From: Epiperipatus broadwayi
Taxonomy: Eukaryota > Animalia > Onychophora
Length of the DNA: 64,000 nucleotides
NCBI GenBank assembly: GCA_028023455.1
Contig: JAQFVV010000005.1
Span: forward strand, 21,638,001 to 21,702,000
Reading direction: 5' to 3'
Below, piece by piece: positions 49,697 to 62,837 of this stretch; position 1 is the stretch's first letter, and every line of letters begins with the position of its first letter. The notes under the pieces were generated by a model, which saw only the letters and a program-made list of their open reading frames with translations, had not been told where the DNA came from and searched no databases. The position numbers were made by a program, and so were the translations under genes.

Positions 49697-52009
49697 CGGG
49701 CAGTCCCCTAGTTACGAACTTGATTGGTTCCTGACATGTGTTTGGAAGTTGAAATTGTTTAAAAGTAGTAGGTATGTAAAAAAAAAAACATCAAGAAGGG
49801 TTTTCAAAATACAGTATTTATTTTTTATTGATTAATATCTGGAGTTTTGTTTACAAATTTATCAAGAGTTAATTGAATTGTATTCTTTTTCTTTTCTTGA
49901 TAAAGAATTCGGTAACATTCTGTGTCTTTTTCTATTGCTCTTTGTACATGAGATATATCTCCCCATTGGGAGCACATTCTTCCATGGCGGTCAAAAATTT
50001 GTCAAGATGTGTGCTGGCTTCATTTATATTCTTGATTATCAAACTCTTAACAATAAGTTCATTATCAAGTTCGTCCTCATTTTGTATTTCATTCATCTCT
50101 TGTAGTTTAATCAAGTCTTCATTTGACAGAGGTTCTGAGTGAGATTGCATTAATTCATCAATATCTTCATTAGTGACATCTAAATTTAATTCATTCATTA
50201 TATTGACTATTTCAATCGTGATATCTTTAGGTGTTTCTTCAATGTCCACAGAAGCATTCATCATTTGTGGATATATTTTTTGCCAACAACCTTTCATTGT
50301 TCACTCTCTTATTTCAGCCCACATATCCCAAAAATATTTATTGTATTCCATATATTATAACTTTTCCAAAAATCTCTTAATGTAGATCCAGCTTCCTTGC
50401 TCAATTACCTTGATTGCTTAAGTCATTAATCTCATATAATACCATTTATAAAGTAGCTATCACAGTTTGGTCCATAGTTTGTATTTCACTTGTGGTATTT
50501 GGGAGGGATAAACACAACATTAACTTCTGGATATAATTTTGCAGGGATTTTAAATGTCCAGGAGAATTGTCTAAGAAAAATAGTGTTTTAAATGGTAAAC
50601 TATTCTCATTCCAATATTGCCTAATAGAAGGCACAAAATGATGGGAGAACCAATCTTGAAAAAACTGTGCAGTAGCCCAGGTTTTAGTATTTGATTTCCA
50701 AATGACTGGAAGCATTCTTTTATCTTTTCCTTTCAATGTTTTTAGGATTTTCTATCTGATAAATTAGTATTGGCTTCAATTTAAAATCACCAGCTAAATT
50801 ACCTCCAAAAATCTATGTTAATCTGTTTTTAGGTTTATGCCCAGGTGTAACTGATTCTTCCTTTGCTCAATATGTATGTGCAGGCATCTTTTTTCGAAAT
50901 AATCCTGCCTCATCTACATTAAAGAGTAGGCATGGAAAATAAGCTTCATCTTTATTGATATCAGAGAAAGTGGAAATAAATTCACTGGCAGTTTTCTTAT
51001 CTGCACTGTCATCTTCCCAGTACATTTAATATTATGTAAAAAATATCTCATTTTAAACTTGTGAATACAGCCATTGCTTGCTACAAATTCAACAGCAGAG
51101 TCTTCTTTTAATTCTTTCTTCCAATCTTCATACAAACTAAGAACCTTAGCTTGAATAATTGATAAATTCACTGGGATGCCTTTTTGATGTTGATCTTCAA
51201 TCCATAAAGCCAAAGATTTCTCCATTTCATCCATTACTCTGCCATGTCTTTTTGAAACAATCTTTGAAGAAATATTTCCACAGTTTTTAACATATTCCTT
51301 AATTTTGTTGATTTTTACAATTGCATATATTTTGATCGGTTTAAATTACATGTACATGTGATTGAAGCAAGAGATTCACCATTTTCAGAATGTCTAATTA
51401 TATCCATTTTTGTCTCGACCGTTTGGGGTTTATGAGACCTTGATTTCTTTTTGGTTGAATCAACACTGCTGTTTTTTTTTTGTTTCTCACTCATGTTTTT
51501 AATTAATAAAAATGAAAAAGATTCACTAAAACAGAATATATACAGTGTATATGTAATGTAATTGTGCACAAACTACTTTTAAAAACAAATGCTAATCAAG
51601 ATGATCCTGTTCAACAGTCTATGACGATACTAAAAATAAAATTAATGTCAGAGAGATGGGAAGATTTACTGTATTTTATATAAGTTCTTATTGTTCTTTA
51701 AAATATACTTTTAATTATTTTCTATAATTCCAAAATTTATCTTTCTTTAGAAAAAATTCAATTACGAATGTATGTAAATAGTTTTTTTTTATCAGATACT
51801 GTAAATTTGTAGCGTTAATTACTAAAATCAATTTTTCAATTATTAAAGTATTAAAATACTGTACAATTTTGAATACCCATTTCTTTCTACAGTATATAGC
51901 ACTAATTATACATGAAAATATATGCACAGATAAAGATCTAATATCCAAAAGCGATTAGATAATAGCGAAATGTTTATAACTAGAGTGTTCATATCTAGGG
52001 GACTGCCTG
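49697..52009 (-). mobile_element. Full-length (2313 bp) decayed Tigger/pogo DNA transposon
   Basis: 23-bp TIRs CGGGCAGTCCCCTAGTTACGAAC (49697-49719) and reverse complement CAGGCAGTCCCCTAGATATGAAC (51987-52009), 20/23 match. TA on both sides (49695-49696, 52010-52011). Confidence 0.92.
49932..51491 (-). pseudogene. Tigger transposase pseudogene (CENP-B-type HTH domains plus DDE_1)
   Basis: Collinear ORF pieces TVETKMDIIRHSENGES, MEKSLALWIEDQHQKGIPV...FVASNG, LPVIWKSNTKTW...FQDWFSHHFVP...FFLDNSPGH and KGCWQKIYPQ, broken by stops and frameshifts. Confidence 0.9.
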
Positions 52010-53662
52010 TAGATATTATTAGCATTTGTTCTGTCCCTTGCTCACGAGTTTCTATCCTGAAACCACTAGATTATGATGAATGAATAATTGAAATTGGCTG
52101 AAACCTGGATCCTGCAAGAATCTATTTTTGATTTTTGAATTCTATGGCAATTTAATGACAGAAATCCACAATACTGACTTTATATTAAGAAAATAGAGAA
52201 TATACAATCCAGGTGGTGCAAACATTTTTTATTAAAATATTATATTTTTTAAAAATAAAGAGATATTTTCTAATGTATCTGATCGTAGAGATTGACATAA
52301 TTGCTTAAAGTGGTTTAATAATAAACTCTGCGATGTCAAAAATTTCCATTTCAAATTTTACGTATAAAATTCCATTTCTAAATGATTACTGATGTTGAAA
52401 TTTTTTTAAAAAATAAAATAACCATCAAAATCATTCATGCTTCATTGAATCTGTATCGGAACAAAAAAAATCCCTTTCATCATTAATACCTATCACTTTA
52501 ATTCATATTAGCTCTTGTACATCGAGCAGATGCAGTTTGCTTGATTCATAATTCTTATTTCTGATGAACTATATGCTCAATATTTTTTAGGGGTGGAAAA
52601 AGTTAACTTGTTGAGCAGAACAATTTTATAAAATTGTCATCAACTTTGTAATATAATGAGGTTCAACTATTTTTATTTTAACAGATAATATAAAAAAAAT
52701 AACCTGTATGCGTATATGATCATAGTCACATACTTATCGTGATAACAGAAATTAGAGCAGAAAATTTCATAGTTTCATCACCTTAAAGCTTTGCTTATTT
52801 ACTACAAGCCATATTTATTCTTTATAAAAGTTAAGAGAGGAGGAGACTGAAGTAAAAAAAAAGATTTGGAAAGTTTGTTTAATGTATGATGCAATTAAAA
52901 AGAAAGATGCTGTGAGAATTGTAATGGCAAAGCAGTCTTTTAATAGTAATAGCATATATTTCATATATTTAAGTCGCCCAACGAAGTGAGATATAAGAAC
53001 TATGGAAATATAAATCTTTATTTTATATCAAAAAAAAATTGAGCAATTAGAAAAAAAACCTATAAGAAAAATTAGTTTGAAGTATAATGACAGATATGTC
53101 AAAGTCCTTTAAAAAGATTGCTCTCTTAGGAAATTATGAAAAATATGAAAAGGTAAAGTATGGAGATTAAGAAATAAAAAAGAGATTATAAATTATATTA
53201 ATAAGTGGCCTATGAAAAGATAAAAGGCAAAATAAGTGTTTCAAAGGTAGCCCAAAGATAGGATGGGATAAAAAAAAAAGCTATAGTCAGAGATATTGCT
53301 TATACTTTTTTTAAAACTCTCATGAACTAACAGTAGGCACATCTAGTATTGCCTTCCATTTCAGTTTCTCTAAGGGGGGGATGGGTATAGTGAAGAGGAT
53401 TATGCCTTGCAGTAGGCTATATATGCAAAGGCTGTTTTTAAGCATAGATTACATTTTCATCAAAAGAAACATTTATTAATAGCATTTGTAAACTTTAAAC
53501 ATGATTTCATCAATATTAAAAAAAATCTGATGAGGAAAATTAATTTATATAAGTTATTACTACATTAGAAGTATGGGCGTGTATGCATCAAAATGGAATA
53601 ACTAAATCTAGAGAAAAAGGCATGAGACTTAAATGTAACTTTGAAAAAACATATTCAAGTCA

Positions 53663-53757
53663 AGCGTTGGTGATTAACACAGCTGCTTTACAAGCAATTG
53701 TCCCAGGTTTGTGGGTTTACTTCCTGGCCGATGCTTTGACATATGAAAAAAAAAAAC
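53663..53757 (+). mobile_element. tRNA-derived SINE, decayed, with poly(A)
   Basis: AGCGTTGGTG...GGGTTTACTTCC...GATGCTTTGACATATG plus an A-run; same family as 46171. Confidence 0.55.
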
Positions 53758-56700
53758 CATATTTAAAATTTATATAATATATGGCATTCTGTGATTTAAG
53801 TTCAGAAAATTAAATGAAAAATACAAACATATAAGAAAACTAGTTAATGTTTTAACAGAAAGGACCTTTATATAATTAAAAAAAAACATAAGATACATAT
53901 TTAACAATAATAATCCTTCCCAAATGCTGGAAAAATTTTCTTGCTCCAAGATTTTACAGCTTAACTCAATTCTGATATTCTGTACATCTTCCATACTCTT
54001 ATGAAAGTCAATAAATAATTTTAAAAAACACAATAAAATTGAGCACATCTTTAAATATACACATAAGCAAAAAAGATTATTACAATGCACAATCAAAAAA
54101 AAAAATTACATTTTATTTTTAAAATAAAACACATCATAAATAGATTATCACACAAGTAGATGATGGACAGAAATACTGCAATAAGCTGACCAACAACATC
54201 CCTAAGTTACTGAATTTCAAAAATATTTTCTGAATGCAATTTTTCAATTCATTTGCTATTATTCTAAATAAAAACAAAATGTCATTTTAAAATAATATGA
54301 ATGAATTATAAAAGAGAACTCTATTGGTCCCAAACTGTTGTTCTAGAAAGCTGTGAGGATTGACAAGAATTAAGAACAAAAAAGCCAGTAACAAATTCAG
54401 TATCGCATGACTCTCATCAGGTGGAGAAGTGCTGCAACATTTGAAGTAATCAATTACTAAAAAATTAATTTTCCATTACAAGTGTTCATAAGCTTTCAAT
54501 CTATACAGTAAACAACCCCTCTTTTCACAAATCCCTCCTCCTCACCTTCTAATATTTAACAAAAATCTGTCAAAATTATTTTTCAGTTGATAATAGGAAT
54601 AAAAAGTTGGCTGTTTTCATTGAACGCTCTTTTATTTTTGAACACTTTTATTCATCTTAGAAAGTCTGCTTGTTTATATTTTGTAATCAAATTATTGCAT
54701 ACTTCCATCAAATGGAATTTTAAACGTGTTAAAAATTAATAACAATTCAATCTCATAATAAAATATTTCAGGATTATCAAATGGTTTATATAACCAAGAG
54801 GTGTTGGCAGATTGAATTTCAAACATATTGATAACAGTTTAATAAGTTTTCAGTGATGAGCACAAGAATAGAAAATTTTTAAATGCTTTTATTTTTAAAA
54901 AGGCATTAAAAAGTGATGACGATGAATTAAAATAGAACCTAAAAATGAATATATTTCACTCAATCGTAAAAACTGCTTCTTTTAAAACGGATGAAATTTT
55001 ATTTTCTCTTGATTGTTTCTTTTTTTTTTAAAAAAAAAAAAATGCTTCTTTCATAAATAAAATAATATTGGAATCAATTTTTAATACGCAGCAAATTTCC
55101 TTTAAAATATTACACAGATTGCAACATTGTTCTTATTCTTCATTTTAAATAAGAAAAATTACAAAAAATATCCAAATAATAAAAAATTAATAATATAAAT
55201 ATTTTATAATAAACACTTTTATTTACAGTGCATTAAAATCCAAAAAATACTTGTTTTCTGCAACTACAATTATGATTTTTACATTTAATTTGAAATAAAA
55301 AAGAGAAGTGTCCAGAAATGAATTAACTCAATAAATTAATACATTTCTGAATGTCCCAAGCTTTTATTTCAAGTCAGATATAAAAACCTTCACTGCGTTA
55401 AAGAAAATAATTATTTTTACAGTTTTAGTGCACAGTAAATAAAAATGTTTATTATAAAATATTTTTTATATATTATTTTTGATCATGATACTGTTTTAAA
55501 ACATTTTGAATTGAATTTTTGACTAAAAAATTCTTTAAAGGTCTTCCAGTATATCTGTAAAATATTTCATATGTTAATATGATCTTCTTCCGATAATTTT
55601 TTCAAGGTACGATCATATTTCATGTTTTCCAAAAACATGATTCTCTATTTAAGATCAAAAATCCTCAATAGACTTTTGTAGGAAGAGAAATGTGAAAGTA
55701 AATTCTGATAAGTAGGCAGGAAATAATCGATTGGCTTTATTACTTGGGAATGCATAAGAAGTTAGAACATCGCAAGTGCTAATACTTTGAGACAGCAAGC
55801 TTCTGCCAACAAAAAACATTACTCCTTGTTAAGTATTCATAACATAAACAGGGTACTTATAAAAATCAACTTTTTGGATAGAAAATATATGGATAATTAG
55901 AATCTAATGTAAGCATATATCATGAATTAAAGTCAGTTAGTTAATTAAAAAATGAATTATATATAGCCATGTCTATTAAACTTTAACAGTATTTAAATAA
56001 CTGGCAAACTAAATAATAAACAAAGATGATTTAATAAAGTTTTATGATGAAAATGGTCGCATAACAACGCATAGATTCGTTTAAATGAAAACTATTCCTC
56101 TAAAATTTGGTTTAAAAACAGCATAAAGACTATAACCATTATTTATGAAAAAGTCAAATTAAGTGGCAGAAAAAATATCATAATAGACCATAAATCAATT
56201 TTCTAGAAAAATAGGGCCTGCATCAATAAATGTTTACTATGAAAAAAATTCAATTTCTAATTGTCTGATGACTACAAACAGATTTCTACTTTCAATTTTC
56301 AAGCGAACATTATTTAAAAAAAAAACGTTGCACAATCTCCAACCCGATGAAGCCTGTATTTTTTGATCCCTTTTACTATTTATTTATTTAGATAGACTAA
56401 ACACTCAATTACTCCACTCCCAAATATATTCTAAATAATTTTTTTTTCTTTCTAGCAAAGCTGCTCGTGTTAAATCTCATTCTCTATTTTTTCAATGGCC
56501 GTAATAAAATTCTCTCACCATTGTTTTAAAATATGCAGTATGAGTGAATACAGATTTGAAGAATCTGTCCTAAGAAAAAGATTTTTTCAAGATTAAAAAA
56601 AATGAGGATTCATCTCATTTTCTATCTTTTTTTTTTTTTTTGCTAACATATATATAAAACATTGTATTTAGATATTTACAAAATTTTTATCACAAAATCT

Positions 56701-59700
56701 ATCATTCATAAATTAAAAAATAAAAACTTCGAAAGTTAATTTTTTTGTTTCTCTTCATATATATGAACTTTTTAAAAAAAAAAAGTATATATAAATAGAC
56801 ATATAAAAAATGCTGTAGCCAGATTATTTATTTTTGTAAGAAAAGGATAATGCAATTAGAGAAAGTCTTCGAGCCCTTCATTTCTCAATCGTAAGACTAA
56901 TTGTAAAATGTGATATAAGATTTAGCTACTTGATGAATAAAAATCTCATAAATTTGTGTAGGGGTAATTCCTAATTCACTTATTATTATTTTATGTAAAA
57001 TTTTAAACTTTTGTGTTTATTTATTATTTTTAAATAAATATATAATATAAAAAAACATTAATATTCAAATATTGCAAAAATACATTATTGTCAATAGATT
57101 AAAATAATCGCATTTTTATTGTATTATTGCATCATTAAGTAAACAATGTTAATATTATTCTCAAGCCCCCCCCCCCGCTCCCAACGTTCATTATAAATTT
57201 GATCATCACTATTTTTCTAAAACCAATTAGCTGAGTGAACGAAGACTTCTTACACACTATCAAGTTAAGTTGTGTTTTATTCGCTGCTAAATTCTTAAGC
57301 GTATATTTATTTCTAGCGCCCCCTATTACTCAATACTAATATCAAGACAGAGTTGAGTATGTATGGGTATATATATAATGATTTTGTTAATATTTTTTTT
57401 AATCATAATAATAAAAAATTCAAATTCAAATAAAACACTAAGTCTATATTGGTAATTCATCCTTCAATGTTCCAATAAAAATAATAACTGCCATTTAAAA
57501 TGCAGTCTATAAAATTATGAACACCCCCCCCCCCACACTTTTTTTATATAATTATGCAAATATATACTTTAGATAAAAATGCTTTCATCTATAATATCTA
57601 CCCTCAAGACAATAAACTCAAAGACATGTATGATTGTATCAATCTCATTAAACATGTATCGCAAAAGGGGGAACTAAAAATTTCCTTCCGGAAATATTTA
57701 CTATATTGGCTTAACAATTAAAAAGTTTACCTTAATTCTTTTTATTATTACAAAAAAAAAATAATCTACTCACCTCCATTTAAATGGCATGACAAAACAC
57801 AAACATAATCTTGCATTTGCATACATATCTGTATATTTAATCAGCATAGATATATATCAATTCTAAAATAATAATGGATGTAATTTTTCTGGCATACAGT
57901 TTTAAAAAAGATTAAAATGTAATATCTGATAAACGACCAATAGGCTTGAAACCAATCCATTATTTTTTTAAATAAGTAATCAAGATGAGATGGATATACA
58001 ATTGTGAGAGTTTAATTTTTCAAAGGTGCATATAATTCAAATAAATGATAAAAAAAAAAATTATTTTAGTTTCAGATCAGTTTTGTATTACATACCAACC
58101 GAGAGACTGATACATAACTTTCTCAGCTTAGTTTCAATATCAGCATTAAAAGCTATCATTTATTCTATTCCACAATTATTCACTGTAAGCTCGAGTAATC
58201 AATAATTATTAGATGATACATTTTTCAATCCTCAAATGGTTTCCTCTTGAGAGAATATTGGATTTATGCTTATAGTTCTTTCTTTTATATATTCAAGCTA
58301 ATGACTAAAAATTTTCAAATATTCTAAGGTTTTGAACCCAAGACAACTTGCTAGTATAACTATGCAGATTTGATAGTTGGCCAATAACTATATATACTAG
58401 TAATCCCAGTTATATGATAACTGTATTAATCTTGCAAATCTTTATAGCTATGTAAAAAACATGGCTATAAAGCCATTAGTTTTGGATAATATCAAAATAA
58501 AAGCAATTGCTAAATGAGCGGGTATAAATCATATACTGCCCGTTAAAGAAAACTACGGAAAAAAAAATAAAAACTAGTCTGGGGATTACTCAAACTTAAA
58601 GTAAATGGCTCTGGAGAGAATAAATAAAATGGATTATTCATCTTAACACATTCATTTTCATTAATATGAAAATGGTCAGTTGTAAAAATTGGAAACAGTA
58701 AACAAAAACTGTTGAAGGTATAATTCAAAAAACATTAACTATGCTAATCATGATGTTAGAAATCATGTCTTTGATTTGAATGTCTAGCCTAATAAACTCT
58801 AATAATCTAAAGGTATAACAATATCTGCATTAAGGGTGCATGTGTTATGCAAAATGCAGCTGCTTAATAAAAAAACTAATATCAAGTAAAAAAAACTGGA
58901 AAATAAAAAAAAAGTGACTAAGTTTAACTGCACTTTTTTTTAAAAAGAACAGGTATTTCAAAAAAAAAAATGGCAAGTTTTACTGCGTATTTTTTTTTTA
59001 AAGAATAAATGTGCTAGAAAGCATATTTTTCCTTTTCTCCTGGCTACAGCAGTTGCACGCATAGCTACATATTACAATATACACATAAAAAAAGTACATG
59101 CGTATCTATACATTACAATACAGAATACACAAAAATTATTGCACAAAATATATAAAAAAATAAGCAAATTATTGATTAATAATAACGTTTGAGCTAAAAG
59201 GCAGTTTTTAAATATTTTTGAATATATATTTAAAAAATAATTTCCATTTAAATGTGAGATTAAAAATATTAATAATCTGTACACATTATTAAAAAAAAAT
59301 TAAATATTAATTTTTTTTGTCCATTGGTGCTATATCTAATATTCTAGGAACATGATTGCTTTTTTGATTCTCTTCAGAATTTAAGTAACATTTATATTTA
59401 AAAAACAAAAATGTTAAAAGTTCTGTAAATTTCAAAACGGAGAAAACTGCACGACTCTATTCTGTAGACATCGTTGCAATGTACAGCTGTCTACAAGAGG
59501 TTGATTTAGCAATAAGAAAGTTGTATTGAGTATATTCTTGATTTTTTTTAAAATTAGAAATAAATAAATAACATACAACATACATGTATCAATAAAAATA
59601 TAAGAAACATAAATATGTTTTTCTCCAACAAAAACAAATAAATACTGCTTAAAAACAAAAATTACACAAGTTAGAGATGATGAGTCAACGATATAAAACA

Positions 59701-59829
59701 ATTGTTAAAAATTACAAGCAGCAACAGTGAAAATAGTTAGAGTTTAACTAAAATGAAGAGGACAAAAATAATAGTAAAAAAAAATCATTCAGATGATAAA
59801 GTAATTTACATATATAAACGTTCGCCACT

Positions 59830-59874
59830 TTACATTAAAGTCTTTTCATGTGCTCCAGGAATCTGAGTTAAAAC
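59830..59874 (-). CDS. FLOT2: Flotillin-2 terminal exon (VLTQIPGAHEKTLM*)
   Basis: TTTTTTCAG acceptor, phase 0, TAA stop. Resembles the insect Flo2 C-terminus VLSKIPGA. Confidence 0.8.
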   Translation of the reverse strand, partial: VLTQIPGAHEKTLM

Positions 59875-60401
59875 CTGAAAAAATAATAATATATGTAATA
59901 TCATTTACTTTATTACTTTCACAATGCTTCATATAATTACAACCCACTAGTGCGGTTTCGATTTTATATACATATATTCTATATATAAAATGTAAAATTA
60001 TACGTTCATGTATATTTGTATTGTGTTTGTTATAGTTCTGAAGAAGCTTGCTGGGGCAATCAAAACTGTCAATAATGGGTTGTAATTATATAAAGCATTG
60101 CAAAAATAACAAAGAAAGTAAATGATATTAATATTATATAGATTTGGCAATGCAATAAGACAAAGTCACATATATACATAATGATTAAAAAAAATTACTG
60201 AACACAAAAAAAAAAAGTTAAAATGCTCTATAAGAAAGAATTTAATTTTAATAATTTATAATTAGAGCTTTTAAATTTTGATAGAAAAATTAATTTATAT
60301 TAAATTTTTACTATTTACTACTTTTTAATCAGTCGATATAATTTTTGAGCAATTTCTTATTTAAATAAGAATTTTTCAAAATTTTAACATGCTGAAGTTA
60401 C

Positions 60402-60548
60402 CTTTGAAATATCAACTCCTGTGAGAGCCTGAACTGCTGGGGGTAACTGACCTATCAGCTTATTGATCTCATTTGTTGTTTTATCATCTCCTCCTATAAG
60501 AACAATCTCTTCTGTCTTGCTTAAAGGTGCTGCAATTTCTGCAGCAAT
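60402..60548 (-). CDS. FLOT2: Flotillin-2 penultimate exon (IAAEIAAPLSKTEEIVLIGGDD...LPPAVQALTGVDISK)
   Basis: TTTCAG acceptor, GTAACT donor, 49 codons, phase 0/0. Matches FLOT2 rather than FLOT1. Confidence 0.95.
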
Positions 60549-61164
60549 CTGAAATATTAGCAATAATTTATAAATAAAAAACTTAAACCACAATATTCTA
60601 ATTAATAATTTAAGCATACTACTAATATTGTTAATTAATCAAATATAATCCAGTTTGATATTAGATTTACTATAATGAACTTTCCTTTTGATTTAAAATA
60701 TAAAATATTGTCTTGGCTATGATCAGGATTTGAATCTGCTCAGGTAACACTTGAAAATTTTTTCTTGTTCCAATCGGATTTAGGATTTTCCTTTCCAAAA
60801 ACTGTTCAATCCAGCTAACAATCCAGTAATAATGTCGAATAGATATCTGGCAATTGCTGCCAGAATAAAAAATAAATAAATAAATCATTCAAACTCTCAC
60901 CATATCTAGCAAATAGCTAGCCTGATGAATAATGGTTTGTACTTACTACTCTCCTGCAGTGGTCTATTTAAAAACTTATCCTGTTGCACGTATTTCTATT
61001 AGAAAAAATTGTTCTCTGATAGAAATTTATTCAAATCCTATAGATATCATCACATTCTAATCATTGTAAACATTATTTATATATAAATCGCCCACGAGAA
61101 AAATAATAATTTTAAAAAAATTAAAAACCAATAAAAATAATTTTTTATACTATTCCTTCTTCCT

Positions 61165-61530
61165 TTTTTCTTTAATAAAATAAAAAAAAAAAATAAAAAA
61201 AAAAAAAACAGTTAATAAAATATTATGATAAAAAAAAATTTTTTTTTTTTAAAAATTATTTTACTTTTTTTTATTTATTAAAAAAAAAATAAAAAAATGT
61301 ATATTTTATTTTTTTTTATTTTTTTTTATACTTATATTTAAAAAAAAAACTACTAATATAAAAAAAAAAAATTTTTTTTATAATTAAAATTTTAAAATTT
61401 TTATTTTTATAAAAATTTTTTTTTTTTTATTAAAAAAAACAATTTCACTAAAAAAAATTAAATAATTTTTTTTTTTTTTTTTTTTTTAATATAAAAAAAA
61501 AAAAAAAAAATAAAAAAAAAATAATGCAAA
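61165..61530. repeat. Almost pure A/T low-complexity tract
   Basis: Long alternating A and T homopolymers with very few G or C; possibly low-quality consensus. Confidence 0.8.
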
Positions 61531-62493
61531 TATTTAACTTGTTTCTTCTCTTTTCTTTTGAGTCTTATAATTGTTGACTTTTTATGATAAAAGAAATAAA
61601 TTTTCTTGACATAAGTTAAATGTCCATTTCAGAGAATATTCTTAATAATGAACCACCAGTGAGTTTAAAAACAACAATTATTTTTACACCATTCTATCGA
61701 CTTTTTTTTTAGATTCAAAGTTTTAGCCATTATTCCTCTTGAAATTAGCAACTATGTGAATAATATTATATTTTAATACTTACAAAAATTGTTTATTTAA
61801 TATTATTAATTATATTTTATTTATATAAGATTTGGGTTGAACGCATCTCATATTCTGCCTATAGAAAATAAAATTAATAATAAAAAAGTTATCATGCTTT
61901 ACGAATATTTTTGTACAAATATTAACTAATGGTTTATTAGCTCCGTTACTGAAAATAATTAACCAAGACATAAGTGTAAACATATATATATACACAACTT
62001 AACAAAGAAACATTTCATATTAATTAAAATAAGCAGTGGCTATGCTCCTCCCTACTAGAATGAATTTGAAGCTATCTTGGCATCAGCCATTAAATATTCA
62101 TTCTTATAAAAATAACTTAAGACTGGAATCAGGGGAAATGTTTTTGAATTTCAGGCCAGTAGCTTAATAATGCCAAAAATAAAAAAAGTATGTTAGATAC
62201 AAAAAAAGTATAAGTGCAAAGGACTCTTATATAACACTGCTATAAGTCAGAAACTAGTCTGGCGATATGAATAAGCCAACAGTGGATCAAGATTTAAGAA
62301 ACACTACCATCTAGCATTTTATTGATTACTTCATTTTAGAAAGCATTGGGAAAATTGGAATCATGTAATGTTCTTTTTTTTTTTTTTTTTTGGCATTATT
62401 AAACATGCCAAACATTATCCTTAAGAGATAGAAGAAAAAAATTAAACAACAATATTAACGATATATGAGCAATAATTATGAATTTTGCCTCAC

Positions 62494-62677
62494 CTTTGGT
62501 AATGCTTCTAGTACTAAACTCATGACAGCAGCATCACCGTATTGTTTGTATGCAGCAGCCTTCTGTCGCATTCTCTCCGCTTCTGCTTTACCTACAGCCT
62601 CGATAGCAAAAGCTTCAGCACCTCCAAGAGCTTTTATTTTTTCGGCATCTGCTCTTGCGGTTTCAACAGTCATAGTA
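62494..62677 (-). CDS. FLOT2: Flotillin-2 exon (TMTVETARADAEKIKALGGAEAFAIEAVGKAEAERMRQKAAAYKQYGDAAVMSLVLEALPK)
   Basis: TTTTTTTAAAG acceptor, GTGAGG donor. VGKAEAERM...YGDAA.M.LVLEALP is diagnostic of FLOT2. Upstream exons appear to lie beyond the window. Confidence 0.95.
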
Positions 62678-62719
62678 CTTTAAAAAAAATAATCATATTA
62701 TACATTTTCATTATTTATT

Positions 62720-62837
62720 ATATAATATATAGGGTATATGAGCACAGACTTTTACATGACCCACCACTCTCCACTCTATCTCATAACACTGATCCACTTG
62801 AACACATATATGTCGAAAAGATAAGTAATCAACAATA
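62720..62837 (-). mobile_element. Family C fragment beginning at the ribozyme cleavage site, in a FLOT2 intron
   Basis: Matches family C downstream of the hammerhead; homology ends at CAACAATA (consensus CACCAATA). Confidence 0.8.

Noticed and set aside
52070-52105. ATGATGA...CTGA resembling C/D snoRNA boxes
   Set aside because: Boxes are only about 30 nt apart with no terminal stem or guide; expected by chance.
58571-58587. AAACTAGTCTGGGGA matching family A, and a decayed match at about 62248-62270
   Set aside because: Only about 15 bp of identity and no core; too little to call a copy.
61165-61530. Quasi-symmetric A/T tract as a possible structural element
   Set aside because: Homopolymer-dominated and nearly G/C-free; more consistent with low complexity or poor consensus. 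Needs a read-level check.
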